Positions 1 to 13,644 of a DNA stretch of 64,000 bases are shown piece by piece (positions within the stretch are counted from its first letter, which is position 1; every line of letters starts with the position of its first letter). The DNA comes from the human T2T-CHM13v2.0 reference genome, Homo sapiens. The translations under genes and the position numbers were made by a program. The notes beneath the pieces are model-generated. The model ran no database searches and was not told where the DNA came from. It worked only from the letters and a program-made list of their open reading frames with translations. The stretch lies in NCBI RefSeq assembly GCF_009914755.1, contig NC_060927.1. The stretch is one strand, 5' to 3'.

Positions 1-1283
1 CTAAATAACAGTAACTATTTGATGGAACAGTTGTTTCATGCTTACCTCTAGCACAAATCAAAGTACCATTCAAATATAAAAATTAAAGCAAAGATACTTG
101 TTCTTAAACTGGAAGAGCTTTCTTCATGTAAAACAAATTTTTAAGTTAGGAAAGTATTTGTTGCTTATGAAAACCTAAACAATCATTACTAATATGTGTT
201 TTAAAATATTTTAAAGAAAATAATGAGATTATATTAAATCTTTGTAATGCTTTATGGCCCCACCCCCCTATTGCATGAAGAGACTGTGAAGTACTTTTCA
301 GAAGCTCAAATAACCTTGATTTTAGAGAATCGTCGAGTGTCATAACTGTCTCATTAGGCAAACTGTTCACTCACTAGTTGATTGTCATTGCTTTAGGGAG
401 ACAGAAATTATTCTTTGTCTCTTTTGATTGCAATGTTCAATATAATTATCCTGAATTGAGAAACAAGTTAAAAAAATAAAAGATGATGTAATTATCTCTG
501 ATGTCTTCTTTCCAAGTATAACAATAAGGATACCTCTATAAATAATCTATCTAACTTTAACTTTGCCTGGATGATAAATGTGAAATCTAGACAGGAGATT
601 ATGAAAAACTATGTTGTTTTTGACAAACAGCAGTGAATGGTTTGGATGCATGTGACTTAACTAGAGGAAGAATGTATCTAGGTTTCTATATATGAATATT
701 TTATTTTTGATTTGTGTTTTTAAATCATTACATTCTAGAGAGAATGTAAGTAATCTCATTTATTAGATTCCATTCCACTCATCATATTTGAGCCAAATTT
801 AATATATGTCAAAACTGATAGTTCTGAAAAAAGTTAGTTTCAACATCTTCAAAATGTGATGCTCTGTTAGGTGCATATGCTTAAGGATTACATCATTTCG
901 CAAACTGGGTTATGTAATACTTCTCTTTTTACCTGATAATTTTTCTTCTTCTTAAATTCATTTTGAAATTAATATAGCTGCTCTAGCTTTCTGTTAAGTA
1001 GTGTTGACATACTCCATCCTTTCCTCTGAACCTATTTGAGTCTTTGTATTTAAAATTAGTTTCTGATAGAAAACATACAGTTGGGCTCTTTTTTTAAATT
1101 CAGTTTAACAATCTCTGTATTTTAAGCAGGGTGCTTAGACTATCCGCATGTATAATGATTATTTATATAACTGAATTTATATCTGCTATATCTGCAATTG
1201 TCTCCTATTTGTTGGATTTGTTCTTTGTTTCTTTTTAAGCTCAGTTTTTCTGCCTTTTGTTATTTGAGCATTTTATGTGATTT

Positions 1284-1336
1284 CATCTATCTGTCATCGA
1301 TCTATCTATCTATCTTTCTATCTATCTATCTATATC
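1284..1336. repeat. (TCTA)n imperfect tetranucleotide microsatellite
   Basis: Directly visible tctatctatctatc runs. Confidence 0.85.
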
Positions 1337-1437
1337 TTTTAGCAGTTGACTATAGTTTACAATATTTATTTTTAAATAATCTTAGGCAACCCATAAATAA
1401 CACTGTACCATTCATGTATAGTGCAAATACCTTACAG

Positions 1438-2204
1438 TGAGAAATAAAAATAAAATCCTAAACCTGTCAAGCCCCACAACTGACTGAGCAGAACCTCTCT
1501 TGGCCAGCAGGGCCCCAGAGAAATCTTAAAGACTGAGTTCCTGGTAATGACAGGATAAAAGTTGGACACACTTCATTATGTTCATTACTTACTAACCTTT
1601 AACCAGAATTCTTTCCTAAAGAGTAAGCAGAAACCAGCTCTGGAAAACAAAAAAAATGAAGGCCTCATTTCTTTATTACCCTTAGCCGATCATCTGAGGT
1701 TGCGACTAGACTCCCTCTCTGCAGTTCCAATGTGATGGCTCATGAGTTTCACAATGCATTCTTTGCTATTAATAAAAACTGAGCATCACTTTGAGACTAA
1801 TTTTAGCCAACTCAAAGAGGAAGATTTGCAGTGAGAGTTTGTGTGTCCTGTGCTTCACCTTTGATATAGGAGGGCTGAAACTCCACCCTAGGATCATGCT
1901 GTGGCTGCAGTTTGTTGACCATGTGACCCATGAAGAGGCATGAAACCCAATTGTGCATGTGCATGTCTCTTCTTTCATAAATATTCATGACTCCTCTCAG
2001 AGCTTATTAAATACGAATATTTAGCCATCCCACTCAGCATAAAATCCTGTTTTCTCTTTCCTGTCCTGGAAGTGCTTGCTCTGGACTTCTACTAGAGGCT
2101 ATACTTCCCAGCTTGCAGAATAGCTAGCTTGCAGGGTATAATTCTTTAAGAGAAATAAAGCTCTCCTTTCCAATTCTATAAATGTTGTGATTCCTCAATT
2201 GACA
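1438..2204 (+). mobile_element. ERV1 solo LTR, MER4 group
   Basis: TG...CA termini (tgagaaataaaaataaaatcctaa ... ttgaca), MER4-like 5' end (aactgactga...tcttggcca...gagttcctgg) and AATAAA near 2154. Confidence 0.7.
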
Positions 2205-2549
2205 AGAACATTCCCAAATATTCCCTCTTATTCCTTATTACATTGTTATAATTCATTTTATTTGTCCATATACTATGATCCAAATCCAACACATTTTTAC
2301 TATTATTTCTCCTTCATTTTGAAGGATAATTTTCCCGTATAAAGCTCTCAATGTTGACATTTTTCCTGTCAATGCTTTAAATGTTTCACTCCATTCTATT
2401 CTTGTTTGAACATGGTAAGAGTGTGAATTATGGAAAACATAAATTCTAAAGAGTTAATATTAGGAGACAAGATAGAGGTTTGGAATCACAAAACAGAAAA
2501 TGATTCTTCTCTAAAGACATTGTGACAAACAAGATGTGAAAGCTACAGA

Positions 2550-3260
2550 ATCGTATTTTAGCTACCTACTCCTGAATCATAAAGCATAACAAACTTAGTA
2601 GCTTGGACAAAGACAAATCTTTATTTTTCACAATTCTGAGGATTAACTTGGTTTCTCTACTTCATATATTATTGACTTGGGAGTAGCAGTGTCTGAATGG
2701 TCCAAAATGGACTGGCATGACATTTCTGACTGGCAGTTAGTGCTGGTTATCACCTGGGAGATCAGGGAGCAATATTAGTCAGAGAGGCTTATTTTTTTCT
2801 CCACTTGGCCTTTCCATGTGGCTTGGGATTTTTCCTTTTTTGGCTTGGTTTCTAATTTCAATGGCTAGGTTAAAAACAACTTCACATTAGTGGCTTAAAA
2901 CAACAGGCTTAGTAGTTGGCTTACAATTCTAAAATTTAGATAAAGACTAGTGGGAGAAATTCATCTTTGTTCCATGTTGAATCACCTAGGATTGTTAATT
3001 TGGAACTGAAGGATCCTCTTCAAAAGAGCCTTACTCAGAAGTCTAGCAAATTAGTGCTGTCATCTGAGGCTGAAACAAGAGCCTCAGTTCTCCTTCAAGG
3101 AGCCTCTCCATGTGGTGAGTTTGAGCTTGTACAGGCAGAACAGTGTTTCTGGGTAGTCACCTATTTACATGGCAACTGACTGCCCCTGTCTTCAAAAGCA
3201 AAACTGCAAGGCATCCTTAAAGTCTTTGACAAAATGTGTGTTCAACATCCTTGTTCAATT
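2550..3260 (-). mobile_element. Degraded MLT1 (MaLR) LTR fragments, probably two copies
   Basis: Two occurrences of the MLT1-type motif (aaacttagtagcttggacaaa at ~2590, tagtggcttaaaacaaca at ~2888) with ctccatgtgg/ttccatgtggc motifs. Confidence 0.45.
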
Positions 3261-3269
3261 ATGTTGGAT

Positions 3270-4180
3270 TATCTTCTTATTAATGAGTAGTAAGTGTCTT
3301 TCATATTCTATATATACAGATTAATTTTCAAATCAATGTTTTAACAATATTCTTCCCAGTCTCTGGCTTGTGATTTCTTGTCTTTTTCATTGTTGTTTTT
3401 TTTCAATATTCTTGAATTATAATTAACATAATAAACTGCATAATTTAAATTGACATATGAATACACCTGTGAAATCATCATCATAATCAAGAATATGAAC
3501 ATATCCATCCCCTCTCCACTTTCTTCATCATGTCATTCATGTTCTTCCCCTCCCAAGGCAATCATTGATCTTTCTCTGTCCCTATAGATTGAGTTGCTTT
3601 TTCATGATCATGTTTTTTCTTTTTAGTAATATGTTCAAATAAATTACTTTTTTAATGCTAAATTAACCTTGTATTCTTGAGAAAAACACCACTGGGTCAT
3701 GTTGTATTATATCTTCTTTTTTTATATATATGTTGCTGGATTTGATTTTTTAATGTTTAAAAAAATGTTCACACATGTTCTTGAAGAACATACTTCATAG
3801 CATTTTTCTTATATTTGCCTGTTTAAAATATTGAGGTAATTCAGCTCTTTAAGAAGTGTTCCCATCTCTTCTAATTTCCTAAAGAGTTTATGTAGAATTA
3901 TTTTATATCTTCCTAAAATGTTTAGTGGAATTTAGTATTAAAGGCTTCTGGGCCAGGAATTTACTTTGTGGGGTTATTATTAGCTATGAGTATTTTGAAT
4001 TGTGCATTTAGTTGAAGCTTTTGGAAAACCTTGAATAAAATAATTTATAATATTCTTTTATTATCGTTTTAAAATCTGTTGGTTTTAAAGTGATAAATCT
4101 TCCTTATTTCTGATATTGGTAATTTATACAGTTTTTCTAATCAATATGGATAGCAGATCATCAATTTCATTATTCTTTAA
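3270..4180 (-). mobile_element. Old L1M fragments
   Basis: Antisense L1 ORF2 and 3' motifs (tgttgctggatttgat, agaattagttt-like, ttctgggccagga). Confidence 0.6.
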
Positions 4181-4182
4181 TG

Positions 4183-4583
4183 AATGGATTAAGAAAATGT
4201 GGCACATATACAGCATGGAATACCATGCAGCCATAAAAAATGATGAGTTCATGTCCTTTGTAGGGACATGGAGGAAGCTGGAAACCATCATTCTCAGCAA
4301 ACTATGGCAAGGACAAAAACCAAACACCTCATGTTCTCACTCATAGGTGGGAATTGAACAATGAGAACACTTGGACACAGGAAGGGGAACATCACACACT
4401 GGGGCCTGTTGTGGGGTAGGGGGAGAGGGGAGGGATAGCATTAGGAGATACATCTAATGTAAATGACGAGTTAATGGGCGCAGCACACCAACATGGCACA
4501 TGTATACATATGTAACAAACTTGCACATTGTGCACATGTACCCTAGAACTTAAAGTATAATAAAAATACATATATTAAAAAAG
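4183..4583 (+). mobile_element. Young 5'-truncated L1PA (L1PA2-4-like) 3' end with A-rich tail
   Basis: Encodes the ORF2 C-terminus WIKKMWHIYSMEYHAAIKNDEFMSFVGTW, then a G-rich 3'UTR and ccctagaacttaaagtataataaaa. Confidence 0.92.
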
Positions 4584-4789
4584 CTGGAATATGAGTTTAT
4601 TGATTTATGCTTTATTTTTAAATATTTTGTTGATTACTAAATAATCAACAAAAGATTTTCATCTTTTTGTTTATTTTAAAGTTTAATTCGTTCTTTTTTG
4701 TTCTTATGGTAGAAAATTTGAATATTAATTTGAAAACTTTTTTATTTTGCAATATTAGCCTTAAATGTTTTGCCTTTTCCTTTCAGCAC

Positions 4790-5040
4790 TCATTAGGTGA
4801 ATAAACAATATTCCCTATACCTATAGAGTGGAATACCACCCAGCATCCTCTCACATACAAAGAAAGAACAAATTGCTGATAGACACAGATGTCCATCAAT
4901 CTCAAAAGTCGTCATGGTAAGTAACTGGTAGAAATCAGACTTAAAAGATTGCATGATTGCATTTATAGAAAATATCCTGAAGGCATGAAATTATAGAAAA
5001 AAAAGCAGATCTATGTTTAACTGGGATCAGGGTTGAGAGT
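4790..5040 (+). mobile_element. L1ME-type 3' end fragment
   Basis: ggtgaataaacaa...gtggaataccacccagca pattern; very diverged. Confidence 0.45.
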
Positions 5041-5099
5041 GAGTTTTTGAGTTCTTTTTGTTTTTGGCTATTGTATACTACTTTATGCTACTATAAACA

Positions 5100-6850
5100 A
5101 TCGAATACATATAATCATTCAAGTGCAAACACAAATAGTATATGGCTATTATATACTACTATGAACATCTAAATACCAGAGGGTTTGTAGATACATTTTT
5201 ACTTTAGAGTAGAAGCCTAGAAATGTAACTTAGGTCATATGTTAAGGATATATTTAACTTTAGGAAAAACTCTCAAACCGTTTTCAATTTGACAGCACAG
5301 TTTTACTTTGCTGTTGGCAATGCCTAAGAGTCTACATTGTAAACCATATCCTTGTTTGTCTTTTCAAATAAAGCTATTCTATTGAGTGTGCACTGATATG
5401 CCAAAGTAGATTTAACTTGTAGTTTTCTAATAACAAATGACAGCTACATATTTTTATGTGCTTATTAATTAGTCACTTCGTCTGGAAATCATTTTCAAAT
5501 ATTTGTGCTCTTTTTATTGGATTACTGATTTTCTTGTTAGAAATCTGTTAAGGGACTCTTTTTAGTTCTGGATAAAATGGCTGTATCAATGATAAATGAT
5601 TTGCAAATATATCTTCTAATATATGGCTTTCTCTTTTGTTTTCATTATGGTATCTCTTGATTAAGGAAGATTATAATAGTGATGAACCCCAGTTTACCAA
5701 TATTTACTTTTATAATTTTTGAATTCTTGTTCTAATAAATTCTTATATATCTAAAAGTACCAAAAGCTTCCTATGTTTTCTTTTTTTAAGTTTTTTTTTT
5801 TATTTTTTTTGAGATGAAGTCTCACTCTGTCACCCAGGCTGCTAGTGTGAAGTGGTGTGATATCGGCTCAGGGTGACCTCTGTCTCCCTGCTTCAAGTGA
5901 TTCTCCTGCCTCAGCCTCCCAAGTATCTGGGATTACAGGCATGCACTTTTTGTATTTTTAGTAGAGACGGGGTTTCACCATGTTGGCCAGGTTGGTCTCA
6001 AACTCCTGACCCCAGGTGATCCTCCTGCCTTGGCCTCCCAAAGTGCTGGGATTAAAGACGTGAGCCTCTGCACCCAGCCTTCCTATGATTTCTTCTAAAA
6101 GTTCTGCAATGTTTTATATTACCTACAGATTTGTTATCTAGATGTAAATTTTGTGGATCATTGAAGAAAAGTCAATGTACATTTTTTTTATATAAATATT
6201 CTTTAATTTCACCACTATTTCTGGGGAAAAATATCCTTTAGCAATGGTATTACTTTGTTAAAAAATCTTTACCATTAAGTGTGTGTTTATCTCTAGATTC
6301 TCAATTCTGTTCTATTGCTGTACCAATGTCTATCTTCATGCAATTAAAATAATGTCTTGGTTTCTATAAATTTTTGATAACTCTTAAATTAGATAAAGTT
6401 AATCTTCCTATTATGCTATTTCTAAAATTGTCTTGGATATTTCAGCTTTTTCAAGTTCATATGCATTTTACAACTACCTTTTCAAAATCTACACCCCCAA
6501 AAAAAACCTGCTAAGATTTTTATTGGAATTACACCAGATCTGCAAATGAATTTAAATGAAATTGCCATGATAACAATTTTTCTTCTCTAGTCTTTGAACA
6601 TGATATCTCTATATATTTCAGCTTTCTTTAATTTGTCAGCAATGTTTTATATTCTCAGTGATTAAGTTTTGAAAAAAACATTTTTAGATTCATCACAAAT
6701 TATTTTTAAATTTTTGACATTATTTTTTTTATTTTTTTCAAATTACCTTTTTGGATTATTTATTGTTAGCAGAAAGGAATGGTTTGGATTTTTTATATTG
6801 TTATTGTATTCTTAAAACTTTGCTAAATTCACTTATGTTTATTGGTAGCT
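5100..6850 (-). mobile_element. Old L1M ORF2 fragment interrupted by an Alu
   Basis: Antisense L1 motifs: ttgcaaatat, ttctattgctgtaccaatgtctatcttcatgcaa, ctttgctaaattcacttat. Confidence 0.65.
5781..6079 (-). mobile_element. AluS (AluSx-like) with a small internal deletion
   Basis: Two-arm Alu with poly-T at 5781-5810. TSD ttcctatg[t/a]tttct at 5768 and 6080. About 18 nt are missing before the A-rich linker (atgcac|tttttgtat). Confidence 0.93.
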
Positions 6851-6864
6851 ACTTTTCAAGATTA

Positions 6865-7560
6865 CGAAAGAGTTATCGGTGGTCAAAGATACAATAATTT
6901 GAGCAACAAAACAGGTCAATTAGTATTGGATTATAACTTAAAGTATACAATAAAGATTCATAAGTGCATAGTAATATAGCAAATGATTGAATACATTTTT
7001 TAAATGAAGGAAAGTTGACAGGCTGCCAGAGAAAATATGCAGATGGCAAATAAGTATATAAAAAGATACTTAATGTTATGTCATTAGAACATTGTAAATT
7101 AAAACAGATACTACTACACAGCTATTAAAATGGCTAAAATCCAAATCTTTAAAAACATCAAATGCTGATGAAGATGTGGAGCAACTAGAGGTTTCACTTA
7201 TTGCTGGAAGAAACACAAAGTGGTACAGTTGCTTTAGAAGAAAGTTCAGCAGTTTCTTACAAAGCTAAACATAGGCTTACAATATGATACAGCAATTATG
7301 CTCTTTGATATTTACTCAAAGGAACTGAAAATTTATATCCATCCAAAAACCTGCACACACAAGTTTCAGCAGCTTGATTCATAATTCACAAAAAAGGAAG
7401 CAAACAAGGTGTCTCTCAATAGATGAACAGATCAACAAGTGTGACATATCCATTCAATGGAATATTATTCAACTATAGAAATGGACTTACCAAGCTATGA
7501 AAGAACATGGAGAAACTATAAATTCATATGGCTAAAATGAAAGAAGCCAGTGTGAAAGCT
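6865..7560 (+). mobile_element. L1MC/L1MD 3' region fragments
   Basis: gcagatggcaaataagtat...aaatgctgatgaagatgtggagcaacta...aatggaatattattc; ORF2 3' end and 3'UTR-like. Confidence 0.75.
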
Positions 7561-7562
7561 AT

Positions 7563-7960
7563 TGTGATTGTTAGTTTTATGTGTCAACATGACTCGGGCA
7601 AGAGGTACACGGGTATTTGGATAACATTATTCTGGGAGTGCTTGGGAGGTGTTTCTAGATGAGATTAACATTTGATTCAGTAAAATAAGTAAAGCAGATT
7701 GCCCTCCCCATTGTCGGTGGACCTCATCCAAACTGTTTAAGGCCAACATAGAATGAAAAGGCAAAGAGAAAATTATCTTTATCTGCCTAACTGTCTTTGA
7801 GTGTGGACTATCATTCTTCTGCTACTTTTGGACTCTGATTCATACTTGAACTAGAACTTACACTATTGGCTCTCTTGAGTTTTCAGCTTGTCAACTGCAT
7901 ATCTTGGTACTTCTCAGCATATATAATTGCATGAGCCAACTTTTAAAAATAATCTGTATC
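7563..7960 (+). mobile_element. MLT2 (ERVL) LTR, 3' end missing
   Basis: Starts tgtgattgttagttttatgtgtcaac; contains gtaaagcagattgccctcccc and tctcagcat...catgagccaa. Confidence 0.85.
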
Positions 7961-8015
7961 TCTCTCTCTCTCTCGTGTATATATATATATGTGTATATAT
8001 ATATGTGTATATATA

Positions 8016-8067
<52 letters not shown>

Positions 8068-8068
8068 T
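7958..8068. repeat. Compound (CT)/(TA)/(TG)/(CA) microsatellite
   Basis: Directly visible. Confidence 0.95.
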
Positions 8069-8519
8069 AACCGAGCTTTCCAAAAACAGGTAGATTTACC
8101 CTGCACATGCTGTATGAGTCCGTGTATAAAATTTCAAAGGTATGTTCAATTATACTATATATTGTCTATGTATTCCACATGGTGGATACATATGTGTGGT
8201 AAAAGTATAGGGAAAAACAATCAAATGATATACACAATATTCAGAATAGATATTAGCTTTTCAAAGAAAGAAAATGATTGAGATTTGGGGCAAGAGCATA
8301 CAAGTTTGCCAAGACATAGGTTACAATTAATTTATTAACCTGTGTGGTAGACACAGGTGTGTTTCTTTTATAATTTGTCATTACATTCTACAGATATTCT
8401 ACAGATAGCCTAATATTCTTGGACTTATTTTCCATATTCTGTTCTAAATGTTTTTATATAACTCCTTACATGTGTATAAAAATTGAATGAAGTAGTTCCC
8501 CCTGTTACGCTCATGCTAC

Positions 8520-8620
8520 CAGTGCAGAAGCTGCAGTTTAGTGAGGCTAAGTCAACTTCCTGGGCTGTGTTCAAACCCAGGCAATCTGGCTCCAGAGCCT
8601 CCACACCGAACTATCATATT
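8520..8620 (-). mobile_element. MIR SINE fragment
   Basis: agtgaggctaagtcaactt...ttcaaacccaggcaatctggctccagagcc matches the antisense MIR core. Confidence 0.75.
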
Positions 8621-9254
8621 ATGTATAATCTAAAGAATGACTACAAAATAAACAAGACTCAAAAAAATGCCTAGGTTTATATTAATGTTGAAATCTCTTT
8701 AAGTGCTACAAATATACAAGGTTTGTAGTAGCAAAGTAAGGACTTCAGCGGTTTCTTCACAAAACAATATTTCACGCAGTTTCCAATGGTTTATCTGGAG
8801 AGAGTTCGCAATATGTGATTGAAAGAAAAAAAAAACTCTGTTCTTAACTTTCTGTGAGATAACAGTAGAATAGCACAGTTTTCAGATATCAGCATTCTGT
8901 TAATGCACATTAAAGACAAACAAACACAAAAGAATCATGGAAGATAGAAGATAGTTTTTTTCATCACCTGTGGGTCCTATTCATTTCACACAATTCTGCT
9001 TACCACAGGAGAGTGAGACATCATTCTATTGTCTGTGTGGATGGAAACTGCTGCTTTATGTTCAGACTTTGCGTCATATATATATATCCTGTAAATGTAT
9101 GTATGTGTATATGCAAACGTGTGTGAATATACATACAGATACAGTATACATGTAAATGTATGAGTATGCATTTTGCTTTGTTTGCTCAAAAAATGAAACT
9201 AATTTATTTAATTTATTTAGATAACATGTTATTTCTTATTATTTTTTAGTGGCA

Positions 9255-9495
9255 GAAAGGCAGTAGGTCAGAGTAGAAAAAGAAAAATGTAGATGTGGCA
9301 AGTTAGTCTCTAGAATCAGAGAGAGTTTTTAAAATGCCAACATGTTTTGTGTTACCTTGAGTAACTCACCTAAATTATCTGCCATTTTTATCTCGTGTGA
9401 AATAAACATTTAACTATTTTAGTGGTGGTGTAAGAATTAAAATAAATAATAGAAGTTTATTACCTAACAGTTTTTCTTTAACCTTCAATATAAGT
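9255..9495 (+). mobile_element. MIR SINE, degraded
   Basis: ctagaatcaga...gtgttaccttgagtaactcacctaa...gtgtaagaattaaa. Confidence 0.55.
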
Positions 9496-10999
9496 TAATT
9501 GCATTCCCTGTATACTGATACTACTGAATCATTTTTCCTGAAAATATTTAAATGCTGTTGTATATATTTTTCTTTGCTCTGAATAACTTAAAACGTTCTA
9601 AATGATAATCACTTCCTATTATGTCACACAGTATGTCAATGAAAATGATTAAATCCCAAGAAGGAAGCCATCTTCAGTTTGGAATTTCTATTGATTGATA
9701 AGTTCTGAGTTTGTCTTAGTAAATAGCATACTTCACCTTTAGAAAATGAAGTAGGTATTATATTTTACAGAGTTTTATGGACATAGAGTTTATAACTAAT
9801 CCAATTAGATAAAAAAATACATATATAGAGAAAGAAATATTTCGAAAAACAATAAAATACCAGTGAGGTATTGGAATAAGTCTAAATAATAAGCACTTTA
9901 TATACCAGACAAATAGGAAAAATAAATTTATAAATAATAATTTAGTAAACAGCATATCTTATCCACAAATATGTGATAGGTGAGGGGTACCCACATATTT
10001 AGGAAAAAAAGTGTTTTAATTTATCACTTGGAAAAATGCCTTTGCCACTCAACTCTAACATACGCTGAGGGAGGGAAAAATCATGTAGGGGATTTTTTTA
10101 GTTTCACTTATATTTGAGAACCTGATTGCAAGTAAATTTTACAGAAGGATAACTGCTAAAAACAACTGTGGAAAATTACCATGGGTTGTCATGTTTGGAG
10201 ATGATTGTCATATCACTTAAGTCTTACAAGCTGTTTTTTCTACACACCTTATTAAGAGTGCTGGATGAAGGAAAGGTATCATACCACTTCATCTGTAACT
10301 TCACCCATTTTTTATGATATTAACTTATACTGACATAAAAAGTTTATATTTATATATAAGTATACATATTTTGTCTATTAGTACAATGATGACAACTTTG
10401 GAGCCACATAGAAGGGTTTTATTTTTTAATTTGTATTTAAATGGCTGTTTTAAGGCATACTTGATTTATGTTGAACTAAAAGTATTGAATTAAACAATTA
10501 ATATAGTCACAAAACTTTATGGACAGCTACATGAAATATTTTGTTTTGCCCGCATTAATGATAATTTAATAACAAAAAGTCATTGGTTCTCACAAAGTGC
10601 CCTTTACATAAAGCAACAGCCTGAAATATTTTGTTTAGTTAAATCAGGTTATAAGTTGATATGGTCTAAAATTATATCACTATAATTTACCATCTGGACA
10701 AAAATTCAAACTTCATCTGTAAGATCAGAAAGCAGTTGATACTTTTTACACAGCACTTGTTAATGGAAAGGGGCATGCAGACAACAATATCCCTACACTA
10801 TAGCTATTCATTAGGGACGGGCATACAAAAAAGGAAAAGTGTCTTTTGAAGAGATCTGTTTTATAAATCCTAGCACAGCACTTATTTTGAGATGGTAAAA
10901 TGGCATAAAAAATTTGGACTAATTCAATTATTTGAAATTATGCATAATGGGAGTAAACTTAATGCATTAACATTAAGATTAAATTTTTCTCTAATATTT

Positions 11000-11260
11000 C
11001 TAATGAGCACTTTTAAACTATTGGCATGCACAATGGGAAGCACTTTATATGGCTATATTTAGTCTTCATGACAACCATAAGAGTTAAATGTTATAAAACA
11101 TTATTTACAAATAAAGAAGCATAGCCAAGAAAAAAAAGAAAGAAAAACGGAAGTCAATAATGTTAAGGGAATTAATTACATTACTGCGAACAGTAAGTGC
11201 ATAGACAACATTCATACCTAAACCTGCTGAATTGCAAGAGCGTTGCTGACACATTTCATC
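11000..11260 (-). mobile_element. MIR SINE, degraded
   Basis: tgagcactt...agcactttatatg...tcttcatgacaaccata...tttacaaataaagaagc. Confidence 0.55.
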
Positions 11261-13644
11261 TAGATGACCAGTTGGAGCAATAGTGAAAGTAGAGGTGAGA
11301 GTACATCACAGAAGATTTCCTCAAGCTTCTTCAGGGTACGCAGAATCCAAGTCACTCATTGTACAGTTGAACTCATCCCACTGATTGCCAGAGGGTAAAG
11401 GCTTATTTTGTGCTTTTTTAAAATATAAAATTGTCATCATCACGTGTTTAAAATATTAATTCCAAATTCCTACATAAACAATAGATATCAAAGCCGTTAA
11501 AGCTCTATCAACCAGCTTCCCTCACTTTTCTGGGATCCTACTGCACAAACTAATCCTAGGAATAAAATGGAACAAGCTTCCTGTTAACTTTCTCCATGTA
11601 AAATACTGCAGGATTCATAATCTTAGGCTACACAATAGATTTTTTTAAAGAGTTTCTGTAACAGCACACCATGGTAACTAAATTAGGTTTATCTCATTTT
11701 GAGGACAAATTTAAAACCAAATTCCTGCAAAAGCTCTTAATTATTCAGTTATTGGCAGTTGTACTAAAGGGCATTTTTGGGGACATAATATTTGTGGATA
11801 CAAGTCACTCATAAGTTTTTATTCCACAGTAATAATCAGTCTATGGCAATATTGATTGATGCTAGGGCTTTTCATGTAAAATAAAAATGTACACAATTTT
11901 TTTGTAAAAGTCAAGGAATCATAGGGCCCTCACTTTTACATTAAAGATAACTAATTTAAAGCCACTCACAAATTATAATTGTCTGAGCCAAAAAAAGTAC
12001 ATTTAAATAATGAATTATTCTTTTCTTTTTATAGACATTATACCAAAATTGTGACAATATATAAGAAATATTGTACATATTAAATATAAATCTTACTAAA
12101 GATATTAAATTATTCCTTAATATACAATAATGCCTTGATATAATATATGAAATAATGCATCATTTTACATGAATATTCCTGTGATTGAATCAATAATATC
12201 AGTTTAGAAAACACAATGATGAAAAAATCCTCTGGGCAACACAGGTAGTGTCTTAGTTTATTTCACAGTAATCTCAATGCTCCTTTTCATCTAACAAGGT
12301 TGATTAAAAGTTACAACCTCAAAAAAAGCCAGTGGAATGCTCACTGGAATTTTCAGCTTCACACACTAGTCAATTAGCTATGTGTTGATCACTGTTTGAA
12401 AGCAAGTTGAAATGTGTCCTGGCAAATTATTGAACAAATGTTCCAAATGACTAAAGCATTCATCCTTTCCAAATTAGACTATGCAATCCTTTTATACTGA
12501 GGTTCATATCAAGCCCTTAGCCTCTAGAAAATCACGTAAGCTCTCCTTGAAATGCCCTAAAATATAATTTGTATCAACGAATGATCATAGACACTCAAGA
12601 GGAAAAGGCATGTTGCCTTAGAATTAAAAAAGGAATTTCAAATGCGCATAAAGAACCTTGATGAATTCATTAGTTGTAAAGGTTGAGAGAAAGTGCTGTC
12701 CCTCATAGCTGTTGTAGTATAGGGTGAGTGTAAATTTTGCATGTGTTTTACTTAAAAGAAAAAGAGATATTCATGTTCTTCTTCCTGTCGTGACCTTAAT
12801 TTATAACTGAAAAAGCTGAACAGACACCTGATATACCCAATTTTTCTTGGTTTTCACTTTTAAAAAACATTTTCATGGTGAGTATTTTTGCTTCTTTGCC
12901 ATTTCACTTGCCTCTAGTTTATTTTTCTTGTTAATGGAGAGCATTGCGTTAATGAGCTATTTTATTCATAGACAAGTGTCTCAAAATTGTGACTTCAACA
13001 AAGAAGTAAATCAAAATAAGTGCCACAATTTATAGTGCTTAAGTTAAAACTTCTTAGGATATAAACTTGTTTGCATTCTCATTAAGAGTGATCCCAGACT
13101 TTCTCCCCCTGCAACAGAGAAAGAGAAAAACAAACAAAAAAAAAAATGAGAGGAAAGAGAGATATAGCATGACCCACGTATTTTCTGATTTCTTTTGGGA
13201 ATGGAAATAAAAGTGAAATGTAAGCATATCTCTGACCATGGGAATATTTCAACATTTCACAAGAAATGTTTCACAAGAAGGGTAATTTCTTTCTAGTATT
13301 TATTAACTAATGGATACAGTATTAAAGATCAAGAAGTAAAATGAGAGTGAAATATATTAAAACTAGCTGATATTATATGTAACAATTAATTTTGAACATA
13401 TTCTTCCTTAGAACTATTTGGTGACATCTTTACAAAAAAAGTGATGAGGACAAATTTTTGAGTAGGCAAAACATGTTCTAAAAATCTATGGAAGCCGTTT
13501 CAAATATCCTCTCTTCTCTTTAGTCACCGTTATATGTGCATGTCTTCTAAGTAGAAACAATTTTTATTCTACAGGTTGACATTTTGGTTTTTGTTAATAT
13601 TCAGATATCTTTAGTGTGGTATAACATTAGGTATTTATAATTAA

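Larger units (their letters stand above)
850..2420 (-). mobile_element. Old L1M (mammalian-wide LINE-1) ORF2 fragment, split by an LTR
   Basis: Antisense L1-like phrases such as ctctgttaggtgcatat, cagtttaacaatctctg and ttgaaggataattttc. Highly diverged; boundaries approximate. Confidence 0.6.

Noticed and set aside
7891-8281. ORFs rich in YI/CV/HT repeats (also at 8970-9189, 20934-21309, 36091-36339)
   Set aside because: Translations of dinucleotide microsatellites, which lack stop codons.
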